A stretch of 62,573 nt of DNA from an uncultured bacterium. Lineage in GTDB: Bacteria > Nitrospirota > Thermodesulfovibrionia > Thermodesulfovibrionales > Dissulfurispiraceae. The number at the start of each line of letters is the position of its first letter. The stretch's first letter is position 1. This document shows, piece by piece, positions 46,959 to 57,298 of this stretch. The stretch lies in NCBI GenBank assembly GCA_937960465.1, contig CALGPO010000063.1, forward strand, positions 1 to 62,573, read 5' to 3'. The notes under the pieces were generated by a model. That model was not told the origin of the DNA, did no database searches, and saw nothing but the letters and a program-made list of their open reading frames with translations. Both the position numbers and the translations under genes were made by a program.

Positions 46959-49706
46959 ATGTCAAACCGTGAGCTAATAATTGAAGGCGCAAGGCAGAAT
47001 AACCTCAAAAATATTTACCTTAGACTCCCCCACAACAAGGTTATAGCAATCACAGGTGTATCAGGCTCAGGCAAGTCTTCATTGGCCTTTGACACCATTT
47101 TTGCTGAAGGCCAGTGGAGATTTATAGAATCGCTGTCAACCTATGCACGTCTCTTCCTTGAAAAACTCGACAGGCCCGATATTGATGCAATCCATAATAT
47201 CAGACCTGCCATTGCCCTTGAGCAGAAAAACCCTGTAAAAGGCTCCCGCTCTACTGTCGGGACACTCACAGAGCTTTATGACTTATTCAGGGTTTTATAC
47301 TCCAGAATTGCCACTCCATATTGCCCAAATTGCGGCAAAGAGATAAGGAAATGGGACCCGACACAGATAGTCTCCGATCTTTTGGAGAAATATCACGATG
47401 AAAAGGCGGTTATCTTATTCGAGACGGGGGAATCCATGGAAAGCCTAAAACAGAGGGGATTTTACAGGGTGTGGATAGATGGAGAAGTCAGAGACATCGA
47501 TAATTTCAAATCTCAAATTTCAAATTTCAAATTCGTGGAGGTCATGCTTGATCGGCTTATTATAAGGGATGAGCCTCGTTTGTCTGACTCCATAGAGATG
47601 GCATGGAAAGAGGGCAAAGAGAGGCTGAAAATAGTCATATTTAAAGAAACAGGTAAAGAGATATTAAAATTTTCTTCTAAAAATTCCTGCGATGACTGCA
47701 ATATACAATTGCCTGAGCCAACTCCAATCCTCTTTTCCTTTAATCATCCTGTATGCGCATGTCCTGAATGTAAGGGTTTCGGGAATGTCCTCATTTATGA
47801 CGAGGATATTATAGTGCCTGACAAATATGTATCACTGTCTGAGGGCGCTATCGAAATATGGGAAAAGCCTGTGGCCAGATGGTGGAAAGACCAGATGATA
47901 AAAGGGGCTAAAAAAAGCGGCATAGATATAAACAAGCCTTACAATGAACTGACAGAGGAAGAAAAAGACACTATCTTCAAGGGAAACCAGCACTTTTACG
48001 GTATCAATGACTTCTTTGAAGAATTGGAGAGCAAGAGATACAAGCTCCATGTGAGGGTATTTCTGAGCAGATATAGAAGTCCTGTAACATGTCCGAAATG
48101 CAAGGGCAAAAGGCTCTGCGAAAATGCCCTCGCATACAGAATAGACGGTATCGACATAGCTGAACTCTCCAATATGCCTGTATCCAGGATTCTACAATGG
48201 TTCAAGACACTTCAACTATCGCCCATGCAAAAGGAGATTTCGAAAGAGGCTGTGAGGCAGATTATTATAAAGCTTCAGTTCCTTGAAAGGGTCGGTCTTG
48301 ATTATCTCACGCTGAGCAGACAGGCAAAGACCCTGTCAGGCGGTGAATACCAGAGGGTAAATCTATCCAACCAGTTGGCGTCAGCACTTACAGGAACACT
48401 CTATGTCCTTGACGAGCCGACTATTGGGCTCCATCCGAGAGATACGAGGAGGATTGCGGAGATAATGCGGGAACTGTCTTCCCTCGGAAATACCATAATC
48501 GTTGTGGAACACGACAGAGACATTATATCTCTTAGCGACTGGGTTGTGGAGATGGGGCCTGGAGGAGGACACATGGGTGGCGAGGTCATATTTTCAGGAC
48601 CGATGGAAGAATTTTTAAAAACCAATACGCTTACTGCTAAATATATAAAGGGCATCACCAATCAACAGGCAGCAGCCATGAAACATAAAACTAACGATTT
48701 CAGAGCACGAACCATTGATTATTTAACACTGCATGGTGCGTCAGGAAACAACCTCAAAAATGTAATCCTGAAAATTCCCCTCGAAACCCTCACTGTTGTT
48801 ACAGGCGTATCAGGCTCTGGAAAGAGCACTCTCATTGTCGAGACCTTATACCGTGCTATAGCAAGACATTTCAGGATTGAGCCCGAGCATCCACTACCAT
48901 ACAAAGGCATTGACGGACTTAAAAAGATCAAAGGGGTCAAGCTCATTGACCAGACAGCCATCGGTAGGACACCGAGATCGAATCCATTGACATACCTCAA
49001 GATATTCGATCCCGTTAGAAGGCTCTTTGCGCAGCAGATGGAGGCAAAGGCACACGGTTATACCCCCAGATTTTTCTCGTTCAATGTTCCGGGTGGCAGA
49101 TGCGAGACATGCAAGGGAGAAGGCTATCAGAGAATGGAGATGTATTTCTTTGAGGATATATTTGTGAGGTGCGAGGATTGCAAAGGAAGGAGATACAAAG
49201 AAGAGGCGCTAAGGGTCACCTATAAAGGCAAAAATATAAGCGAAATACTCGATATGACAGTGGACGAGGCATTCGACTTCTTTTCAGGAGTATCCGAAAT
49301 AGGTTCAAAACTCGCATTAATGAAAGATATCGGTCTCGGCTATCTCAGGCTCGGACAGCCTGCCACAACCCTTTCAGGCGGAGAGGCGCAGAGATTAAAG
49401 ATATGTGCAGAATTAGGCGAAAGAAGGATAAAAAATACGCTTTACATACTCGATGAGCCGACCGTAGGTCTGCATCACGATGATGTTTTGAAGTTCATAA
49501 AGATTATAAGAAAGCTGATTGAATCAGGAAACACAGTGGTCATCATTGAGCACAATCTCGATGTGATAAGTCAGGCTGACTGGGTTATAGACCTTGGACC
49601 TGAGGGTGGCGATAAAGGCGGCAATATAATATTCGAAGGAACGCCCGAAGAATTGCAAAATTCTGAATACTCTTATACTGGCAAGTATCTCAAGGAATAT
49701 TTTTAA
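46959..49706 (+). CDS. uvrA: Excinuclease ABC subunit A (divergent paralog)
   Basis: Two GVSGSGKS/LSGGE cassettes, zinc fingers. Confidence 0.92.
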   Translation: MSNRELIIEGARQNNLKNIYLRLPHNKVIAITGVSGSGKSSLAFDTIFAEGQWRFIESLSTYARLFLEKLDRPDIDAIHNIRPAIALEQKNPVKGSRSTVGTLTELYDLFRVLYSRIATPYCPNCGKEIRKWDPTQIVSDLLEKYHDEKAVILFETGESMESLKQRGFYRVWIDGEVRDIDNFKSQISNFKFVEVMLDRLIIRDEPRLSDSIEMAWKEGKERLKIVIFKETGKEILKFSSKNSCDDCNIQLPEPTPILFSFNHPVCACPECKGFGNVLIYDEDIIVPDKYVSLSEGAIEIWEKPVARWWKDQMIKGAKKSGIDINKPYNELTEEEKDTIFKGNQHFYGINDFFEELESKRYKLHVRVFLSRYRSPVTCPKCKGKRLCENALAYRIDGIDIAELSNMPVSRILQWFKTLQLSPMQKEISKEAVRQIIIKLQFLERVGLDYLTLSRQAKTLSGGEYQRVNLSNQLASALTGTLYVLDEPTIGLHPRDTRRIAEIMRELSSLGNTIIVVEHDRDIISLSDWVVEMGPGGGHMGGEVIFSGPMEEFLKTNTLTAKYIKGITNQQAAAMKHKTNDFRARTIDYLTLHGASGNNLKNVILKIPLETLTVVTGVSGSGKSTLIVETLYRAIARHFRIEPEHPLPYKGIDGLKKIKGVKLIDQTAIGRTPRSNPLTYLKIFDPVRRLFAQQMEAKAHGYTPRFFSFNVPGGRCETCKGEGYQRMEMYFFEDIFVRCEDCKGRRYKEEALRVTYKGKNISEILDMTVDEAFDFFSGVSEIGSKLALMKDIGLGYLRLGQPATTLSGGEAQRLKICAELGERRIKNTLYILDEPTVGLHHDDVLKFIKIIRKLIESGNTVVIIEHNLDVISQADWVIDLGPEGGDKGGNIIFEGTPEELQNSEYSYTGKYLKEYF

Positions 49707-50758
49707 AAACCTCATCAAAAAAGGCTGCATCAGCAGTAAAATCTATCTCAAGGCATAGAATATTATCGCCCTGAAATTTGAAATTTGAAATTTGAAGTTC
49801 CTTAATCTTCACCATATCTTTTTCTGTTGTAATCAAAAAATCGCAATTTAGAGCCTTGCACTGTTTTCTGAGATAAAGAATGTCTGTTTCTGTATATTTA
49901 TAATGGTCTCTATATATCTTGAATCCAGCCATATCACCTGTAATTGACAAAACCGTCTGTCTGAAAGACTCCGGATTTGCTATGCCGCAGAAAGCGTAAA
50001 CCTGTTTGTCCTTTAACATTTCAATCGGATATTCATTGCCATCCATATCTCTGACCTTATGTATCCTGTACTCGGAAAAATAAACAGGCGCTTCTGGATT
50101 AATATCTCCAAGCTCGTCTGACAACGCCTTGTTTTTTGCTTTTGTCATGACAAATATATCCGCCCTTTTTAATTCCCTTAACGGTTCCCTCAATGGTCCA
50201 ATTGGAAGCATCCTCTTGTTGCCGAATGGATTCAAGCCGTCTATTAAAACAACGTCAATATCTCTGTGTAGTTTCCAGTGCTGGAAGCCATCGTCAAGGA
50301 TGAAAAAAAGGGGTGAATGGGTGAAGGGGTGAAGGGGTAGATAGGTGCTGAAGTGCAAACATTCCTCCCTCATATCTATCAGAACATTTTACAATTGGCA
50401 CATCTTTCAGTCGTTCTGCCATTAATACCGGCTCATCGCCTGCCTCAAGTGCGGAAGAGCAGGAGTGCGAAAGGTCAGAAGCATGGAAGTCTTTTGCTTC
50501 CGAACTTCCGAACTTTCGAGCTAAGACAAAGCATGGCCCTTTTGCCCTTCCCTTATATCCCCTTGTCAATATTATTGGACTAAAGCCTCTCCTCTTTGCC
50601 TCCTCTGCAATGGCAATAGCTGCTGGTGTCTTGCCTGTGCCGCCAATTGTTATATTGCCTATGCTGATGACCTTATGAGGAAGATGCTTCTGTCGCTTCA
50701 GCTTGTAGCACTTGTCGAGAGAATAACCAATGTAGTAAAGAAATTCCAATGGCGTCAT
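49690..50758 (-). CDS. lpxK: Tetraacyldisaccharide 4'-kinase, split by a frameshift near 50300-50340
   Basis: GGTGKTP, RGY and GDEP in ORF 50294-50758; ILDDGFQH and TTEKD in ORF 49690-50373. Confidence 0.9.
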
Positions 50759-52080
50759 AGATATTTCCCTATTATCTCCATTGCCCTGTCTGCTGCGCCT
50801 GAATTTTTTTCATAAAGTTCCTTTGCAATCTTCCCCATGGACGATATCTTTTCAGGTGAAGTAAGGAGGCTCCTTAATGACTCGTACAGGGTATCCAAAT
50901 CAACTTTTAATGCCCCTCCACCTCTGTAAAAATCATCAATAAAAGGGAAGTTCTCCATATGCGGACCGCAGACAATAGCCTTGCCCCAGTATGCAGGCTC
51001 AAGGGGATTCTGCCCGCCATGTTCAATGAAACTTCCCCCTATTATTGCAACATCGCATGCACTGTAAACAGATGAAAGCTCTCCGATGACATCGAGGAGA
51101 ATAACAAGCGCAGAAGTACAGAAGTACGGAAGTGCAGAAGCAATAGGATTCACAATCTCTGATCTCTTTATGTATTGAATATTATTTCTTTTGATCAACT
51201 CTTCTACTTCTTTAAATCTCTCTGGATGTCTCGGTGCAATGATAAGGTTGAGCTGCGGAAAATCTGCTCTTAATTTAATATATGCATCAATTATCAATTC
51301 CTCTTCTGTCCTGTGCGTGCTTCCTGCAATTATTACAAATTCCTTTTCTCTTGTCTGCCTTCTGTCCTCTGTTTCCCGTCTTCTTAATATCCTTGTCCAT
51401 TCAGGAACAGTAGAAGAAGGTCCTGTATCGAACTTAAAATTGCCGATCGCCTTGATTTTATCGGGTTCTGCACCTAATTCCTTAATCCTTTCTGCATATA
51501 ATTCATTCTGCATGCAGAAGATGCTCACATTCTTCATGACATCCTTTATAAAAAACCTTAGTTTCTTATACCCGACAAATGACCTTTCGGATATCCTTCC
51601 ATTCATCAATAACACAGGAACACCGCTCCTGCCCAAAATCCTGATGGTATTCGGCCATAATTCGGTTTCCATGATGATAAAAAGAGACGGTTTGATGCGC
51701 CGCAGCGCGTTTTTTATTGCGAAAGGCAGATCGAACGGAACATAAATAATCCGTGCAATATCGCCCATCCTCTCATTTGCAACCTTCTGGCCTGTATCTG
51801 TGACAGTTGAAACCACAATCTCTCTAAAAGGATACCTATCCTTTATTTTTTTGATCAAAGGAACTGCGGCTATCACCTCGCCTACGGAAACCGCATGTAT
51901 CCAGACAACAGATTCGGAAGTCTTTACTTCTGCGATTCTGCGCTTCTGCTCTTCCGCCCTATACTTGCCGAATCTCTCCCTGACCCATCTGTTGCGCAAT
52001 TCCTTCGGCCGTTTCAAATATTCAAACGGAAATAAAAAAAGAAGGGCTATCAGATACAGTATGCTATATGCCAGATACAT
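50755..52080 (-). CDS. waaA: Kdo transferase
   Basis: WIHAVSVGE, ETELWPN, APRHPER, GGQNPLEP. Confidence 0.95.
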   Translation of the reverse strand: MYLAYSILYLIALLFLFPFEYLKRPKELRNRWVRERFGKYRAEEQKRRIAEVKTSESVVWIHAVSVGEVIAAVPLIKKIKDRYPFREIVVSTVTDTGQKVANERMGDIARIIYVPFDLPFAIKNALRRIKPSLFIIMETELWPNTIRILGRSGVPVLLMNGRISERSFVGYKKLRFFIKDVMKNVSIFCMQNELYAERIKELGAEPDKIKAIGNFKFDTGPSSTVPEWTRILRRRETEDRRQTREKEFVIIAGSTHRTEEELIIDAYIKLRADFPQLNLIIAPRHPERFKEVEELIKRNNIQYIKRSEIVNPIASALPYFCTSALVILLDVIGELSSVYSACDVAIIGGSFIEHGGQNPLEPAYWGKAIVCGPHMENFPFIDDFYRGGGALKVDLDTLYESLRSLLTSPEKISSMGKIAKELYEKNSGAADRAMEIIGKYL

Positions 52081-52084
52081 TTGA

Positions 52085-52329
52085 TCCCAAATTACACAAA
52101 TATTGCTTAAGCATTTGGTAGCAGGTTTGCTGAAAAGACTTTACACTCCTGAATATTGTAAAGCATTTTCTTGAATCCGTCACCTACCTGCCTGTGCGCT
52201 GCACGCAGACAGGCTACATTGCTATCTATCTTATGTAAAAGCGTTATTAGTTTTTTGATATACACAAAGGACAATGACTTTGTAAGGTCTTTGATGCATA
52301 CCTGCTGCTAAATATTGCAAAACTCAGGT
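52085..52329 (-). mobile_element. Family D element, 218+27 bp (palindrome at 52187-52213); TGA target duplication
   Basis: More diverged copy; TGA at 52082-84 and 52330-32. Confidence 0.85.
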
Positions 52330-54036
52330 TGATGAAATCTGGAGGTTGTAAAGTTTCCTATAAATACCGCCATTCTTTAAAAGCTCCTCATGCGTTCCCA
52401 TCTCAGATATTCTACCTTTTTCCAGCACTATAATCCTATCTGCCTTCTGCACTGTGGAAAGTCTGTGTGCAATAACAAAGGTAGTCCTGTTTTCCATAAG
52501 GCTATCAAGTGCCTTCTGAACCATTGCTTCAGACTCTGTATCAAGGGCTGATGTTGCCTCATCGAGGATCAATATAGGTGGGTTTTTGAGTATTGCACGT
52601 GCTATGGAGAGCCTCTGTCTCTGGCCGCCTGAAATCATTACACCTCTTTCCCCTATTACTGTGTTATATCCTTTAGGCAATTCGAGAATAAACTCATGGG
52701 CATACGCTGCCTTTGCAGCCTTGATAATATTATCCTCTGACGCATCCGGATTGCCAAAGGTTATGTTTGCCCTCACAGTATCATTAAAAAGTATTACATC
52801 CTGGCTGACAAGCCCTATTTGCTGCCTTAGTGACTTAAGACTAACATCTGCAATATTCACTCCATCTATATAAATAGCTCCACTTACAGGGTCGTAAAAC
52901 CTCGGTATCAAATCAACAAGGCTTGTCTTTCCTGCACCGCTTCTTCCTACAATGGCGATAATCTCTCCTTTTTTAACGGCAAGATTTATATCGTTGAGAA
53001 TATAATTCTTTGAGGTGGGATATTTAAAAGACACATTTCTAAATTCTATGTTGTCATTTAATGGTTTTAAATCATTTTTCCCTTCTCCTTCCTTTTTTTT
53101 GTTAAAGAGTTCATCAAGTCTCTCAATTACTGCCCTTGCCTGCTGAATGCTGTTGTTTGCCGATACAAGCCTCTTTGCAGGCGTATAAATCATAAAGATT
53201 GCAGTTAAAAAAGAGAAAAATTCCCCTGGCGAGATGACATCCTTTATTACAAGTCTGCCGCCATACCACAAGACAAAGGCAATTCCAAGTCCGCCGATTG
53301 TCTCCATCATTAATGATGTAAATTCTATAACCCTTGTAGAACGCATGAGTTCCCTGTAGTAATCCTGATTTTTATCCCTGAATATATTTATCAATGAACT
53401 CTCCCTGCCAAAAATCTTTATCATTTTTACTCCGGAAAATGTCTCCGAAAGAAATTCTGTTATTACTGAAATCTTTTTCTGGGCCTCTTTACTGATCTTC
53501 TTAAGTCTTTTTCCGAGCCTTTGTGCCCCGTAAAAAGCTGATGGAAGAACGGTAACTGCTATCAATGCAAGGTCCCACCTCCTGTAAAATGCAACGAAAA
53601 GCAGAACTATTATTGTAGCGCCTTCTACAAAAATGTCCTTAACAGTATATGCAAGAAGTCCTTGCAATTGGCCTGTATCGTTTATTGTTCTTGACAGCAA
53701 TAAACCCGATGACTCCTTTTTAAAATCATCAACCGGTAAATATAATACGTGTCCGTACAGTTCGCCTCTTATATCTCTTACAACTTTTGCTCCTACTGAC
53801 CTCATAAGATAAGACTGAAAAAATGAAAAAACCCCTCTCAGCAAATACAACGCAAGAATTGCAAACGGCAGGATGGTCAGAAGGACTACGTCTCTTTTAA
53901 CAAATATACCATCAAGCGCAGGCTTGACAAGCCAGGCCAGACCACCGTTCATACCCGAGATCAGAAGACTTATAACAGCAGAAAGTGCTACCCTGCCCCA
54001 ATATGGCTTTACGAGGAGCAGTATCCTTTTAAACAT
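52324..54036 (-). CDS. msbA: Lipid A flippase MsbA
   Basis: TM domain plus GRSGAGKT, ISGGQRQR, LDEATSALD; located in the lipid A cluster. Confidence 0.92.
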   Translation of the reverse strand: MFKRILLLVKPYWGRVALSAVISLLISGMNGGLAWLVKPALDGIFVKRDVVLLTILPFAILALYLLRGVFSFFQSYLMRSVGAKVVRDIRGELYGHVLYLPVDDFKKESSGLLLSRTINDTGQLQGLLAYTVKDIFVEGATIIVLLFVAFYRRWDLALIAVTVLPSAFYGAQRLGKRLKKISKEAQKKISVITEFLSETFSGVKMIKIFGRESSLINIFRDKNQDYYRELMRSTRVIEFTSLMMETIGGLGIAFVLWYGGRLVIKDVISPGEFFSFLTAIFMIYTPAKRLVSANNSIQQARAVIERLDELFNKKKEGEGKNDLKPLNDNIEFRNVSFKYPTSKNYILNDINLAVKKGEIIAIVGRSGAGKTSLVDLIPRFYDPVSGAIYIDGVNIADVSLKSLRQQIGLVSQDVILFNDTVRANITFGNPDASEDNIIKAAKAAYAHEFILELPKGYNTVIGERGVMISGGQRQRLSIARAILKNPPILILDEATSALDTESEAMVQKALDSLMENRTTFVIAHRLSTVQKADRIIVLEKGRISEMGTHEELLKNGGIYRKLYNLQISST

Positions 54037-55231
54037 TGCTATAAGCCTCCAGTTCCTCTACAATGCTTGCAACCCTCAAAGATGCCTCTCTGTCAATGAA
54101 CAACTCCCTCACCTTTGTCATCTGCGATACCATCTCATTTCTGTAATTCGAATCTGTAATAATTCTGGATAATTCTTCTACAATGTTTTCTATATTAGCA
54201 TCTTTCTGTAATAATTCTTTAACTCTTAATCCTTGACCATCTATATAATCGAGCAGGATATTCACAAGGGATATATGTTTCACCTTTACAATAAGCCTTC
54301 CTATGAAATACGTCAGCGGCGAAAGCTTATATACAACAACCATTGGAACTCCTACGAGGGCAGCCTGCAGGGCAGATGTCCCTGATGCAATAACCGCAAT
54401 GTCCGATGCAATAAGGGTCTTTATTGCATGACGCCTGAAGCGTAATTCGTGATCGGTATTCTTCTCTAATTCATTCATTAATGATAATGCATCATGGCTT
54501 AAATTCGGTGCAATAGGCATTACAAATTGGTAGTTAGGATAGCGTTCCTCCATTTTTCTGATAACATCAGACATTACAGGGAGAAGTCTTTTAATCTCAT
54601 GCGCCCTGCTGCCGGGCATGAGTGTCATCACAGGCCTGTCAGGTATGAGTCCAAGCTCTTTCCTGACCGCTGCTTTTAGTTCTTCGGTTTCTATATCCTG
54701 AATCCTGAATCCAGAACCATTAATAACCTCCCTTATTTCATCCAGAACTGGATGCCCGACAAATTCACACGGGATATCGGCATTTCTGTATATCTCTTCT
54801 TCAAACGGCAGTATCACGGCCATTTTATCAACCAATTTACCAATGGTGTTTACCCTTCCCTTTCTCCATGCCCATACCTGTGGACTCACATAATAAAGCA
54901 CCTTTATCCCGAGCTTTTTAGCCTCCCTCGCAACCTTCATATTGAAATCGGGATAGTCTATTAAGACAATGACCTGTGGATTAAATGATTTAAGGGCAGA
55001 TACGACCTTCTTGAATGTCCCCTTGATCTCGCTGTAAGTCTTTATTGCTTCTGTAATGCCAAATGAACTGGATATCATGGAGATAAGATTAACTCCTGAA
55101 GATTGCATCCTCTCCCCTCCGACACCGATAATGCTTACCTCAGGATTTCTATCCTTTAATGTCTTTGCGAGTAGGGCACCATAGAGCTCTCCTGAACTCT
55201 CCCCCGAGACTATCATTAACCTTTCAAGCAT
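54029..55231 (-). CDS. lpxB: Lipid A disaccharide synthase
   Basis: IDYPDFN, YVSPQVWAWR, PGSR..E, ASGT. Confidence 0.95.
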   Translation of the reverse strand: MLERLMIVSGESSGELYGALLAKTLKDRNPEVSIIGVGGERMQSSGVNLISMISSSFGITEAIKTYSEIKGTFKKVVSALKSFNPQVIVLIDYPDFNMKVAREAKKLGIKVLYYVSPQVWAWRKGRVNTIGKLVDKMAVILPFEEEIYRNADIPCEFVGHPVLDEIREVINGSGFRIQDIETEELKAAVRKELGLIPDRPVMTLMPGSRAHEIKRLLPVMSDVIRKMEERYPNYQFVMPIAPNLSHDALSLMNELEKNTDHELRFRRHAIKTLIASDIAVIASGTSALQAALVGVPMVVVYKLSPLTYFIGRLIVKVKHISLVNILLDYIDGQGLRVKELLQKDANIENIVEELSRIITDSNYRNEMVSQMTKVRELFIDREASLRVASIVEELEAYSNV

Positions 55232-56313
55232 TTGTGGATTATTTCAGAGGTAAAGCGAATATCTTCCTCGCCCAGTTCAGGATAAATCGGCAGGGAAAGA
55301 ACCTCCTGAGAGACCTGTTCTGTCACCGGAAAGTCTCCCCCTCTGTACCCCAAAAATCGAGTAGCCTCCTGTAGATGAAGAGGGATAGGATAATAAACCA
55401 CCGATGATATGCCATGCTCCTTAAGGCATTGATGTATAAAATCCCTTTTGTTGCTCCGTATCGTATATTGATGATACACGTGATAGGCGCCATTTTTTTC
55501 CACAGGAGTAATAACTGTGTCAGAAAGTAGGCTGTTATACAGCAAGGCATTCTCACGCCTCTTCTTGTTGTATTCATCGATCCTCTTGAGCTTGACAAGA
55601 AGGATACCTGCCTGTATCTCGTCAAGCCTGCTGTTGTATCCGAGACATTCATGCCTGTATCCGCCTCTGGAGCCATGGTTTCTCAGCTTCCTTATCTCAT
55701 CGGCAGCATAGAGGTCGTTCAACGTAATCATACCGCCATCGCCGTACGCCCCTAAATTCTTGCTCGGATAAAAGCTGAAGCATCCGGCATCGCCAAAGCT
55801 TCCTGTTTTCTTTCCGTCCAAATATGCACCGAAAGACTGTGCGCAGTCCTCTATCACCTTGAGATTATATTTCGATGCAATATCCATAATATTCTTCATG
55901 TCAGCCGGATGACCAAATATATGAACAGGAAGCAGCGCCTTTGTTCTCTCTGTTATCCTCTGTTCGATAAGAGATGCATCAATATTGTATGTATCCGGCT
56001 CTATATCGACAAAAACCGGTTTTGCGCCCGTATACAAAATAGCCTCCACTGTAGCAAAAAATGTAAAAGGCGTTGTTATAACCTCATCCCCTTCTCCTAT
56101 GCCAAGGGCCCTTAAAGAGAGATGCAGTGCATCTGTACCCGATGCAACGCCTATGGCCTCCTTCACCCCATGATATTTTTTAATATGATCTTCAAGCTCC
56201 ATAACCTTCTTGCCGAGTACATACTGGGAACTCTCCAGTACTTCATTCATCATTGAAAGGACTTCGTCCTTGATTTCCAGATATTGTTTCTTCAGATCAA
56301 TCATCGGCTTCAT
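55216..56313 (-). CDS. DegT/DnrJ aminotransferase, GnnB-like
   Basis: SGTDAL, EDCAQ, SFYPSKNLG; adjacent to lpxB. Confidence 0.88.
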   Translation of the reverse strand: MKPMIDLKKQYLEIKDEVLSMMNEVLESSQYVLGKKVMELEDHIKKYHGVKEAIGVASGTDALHLSLRALGIGEGDEVITTPFTFFATVEAILYTGAKPVFVDIEPDTYNIDASLIEQRITERTKALLPVHIFGHPADMKNIMDIASKYNLKVIEDCAQSFGAYLDGKKTGSFGDAGCFSFYPSKNLGAYGDGGMITLNDLYAADEIRKLRNHGSRGGYRHECLGYNSRLDEIQAGILLVKLKRIDEYNKKRRENALLYNSLLSDTVITPVEKNGAYHVYHQYTIRSNKRDFIHQCLKEHGISSVVYYPIPLHLQEATRFLGYRGGDFPVTEQVSQEVLSLPIYPELGEEDIRFTSEIIHKCLKG

Positions 56314-57296
56314 TTTTTTATCTTTTCTCCTATCTGTAGTGCAATTTTCAGTGCGTCCCTACCCTCGGTTGCAGAAACCACAGGCCTGCGTCTTAAAACA
56401 ACACATTCAGCAAAATCCTTTAGCTCTTCCTTCAGAGGCTCCTTTTTCTCGATATTTATGGCCTCCTGAACAATTTCATTTGACCCTTTTTTACAAAATC
56501 TCTTTACCTCCATATTCTGGTAATCTACGAGCAGGTATGAGTCCTTTTGAAATATCTTCAGTTTTCTGGATTTTTCAAACGACACCCTGCTCGCCTTCAT
56601 TAAGGCCTGCATGCCGTTGCTGAATTCAAGCCATGCCATTGCGATGTCGATATTGTCGGTCAGCACCCTTGCTCCTGTTACCTTCATATCTTTTATAAGA
56701 GTGGAAGGACTGAAGTGAGGAAGTGTGGAAGTTGCTTCTGATCTTCTGCTCTTCTGCTCTTCTGCACTTATTAGAGCAAGGATTATATCAATGTCATGTA
56801 TCATCAGATCGAGGGTTATATCCACATCTATTCCTCTACCGAGAAAAGGGGACAACCTCTCTGTCTCGATAAACACCGGTTTGTTCATAAGCGAACGAGC
56901 AGCAGGGAACACCGGATTAAACCGTTCGAGATGTCCAACCTGAATTATTGTCCCTGCCTTATCGGCTGCATCTATCAACCTATCTGCTTCTTCAACGGTT
57001 GCGGTAATAGGCTTTTCGATAAGAATATCCTTGCCAGCATTTATGCAATCCAGAGCTGTCTGATAATGCATTGTTGTGGGAGTAACTATGCTCAGTGCAT
57101 CAACCCTTCCGAGGATGTCCCTGTAATCGCCGAACACCTCACACCCATATTTATCAGATATTTCCATAGCCCTGTTCCTGTCCGTGTCAACAATGCCAAC
57201 AAGTCTGACACTGCCAAACTCTGAGCCAAGCTCTGAATAAATACGGGCATGATGCTGCCCCAAATACCCTACGCCTATTACACCGACATTTATCAT
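56310..57296 (-). CDS. Gfo/Idh/MocA oxidoreductase, GnnA-like
   Basis: GVGYLGQHHAR, EKP, QVGHLERFNP, DLMIHDID. Confidence 0.88.
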   Translation of the reverse strand: MINVGVIGVGYLGQHHARIYSELGSEFGSVRLVGIVDTDRNRAMEISDKYGCEVFGDYRDILGRVDALSIVTPTTMHYQTALDCINAGKDILIEKPITATVEEADRLIDAADKAGTIIQVGHLERFNPVFPAARSLMNKPVFIETERLSPFLGRGIDVDITLDLMIHDIDIILALISAEEQKSRRSEATSTLPHFSPSTLIKDMKVTGARVLTDNIDIAMAWLEFSNGMQALMKASRVSFEKSRKLKIFQKDSYLLVDYQNMEVKRFCKKGSNEIVQEAINIEKKEPLKEELKDFAECVVLRRRPVVSATEGRDALKIALQIGEKIKK

Positions 57297-57298
57297 GC

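Noticed and set aside
46959-49706. uvrA as a novel ATPase
   Set aside because: Divergent motifs fit an ordinary second UvrA paralog
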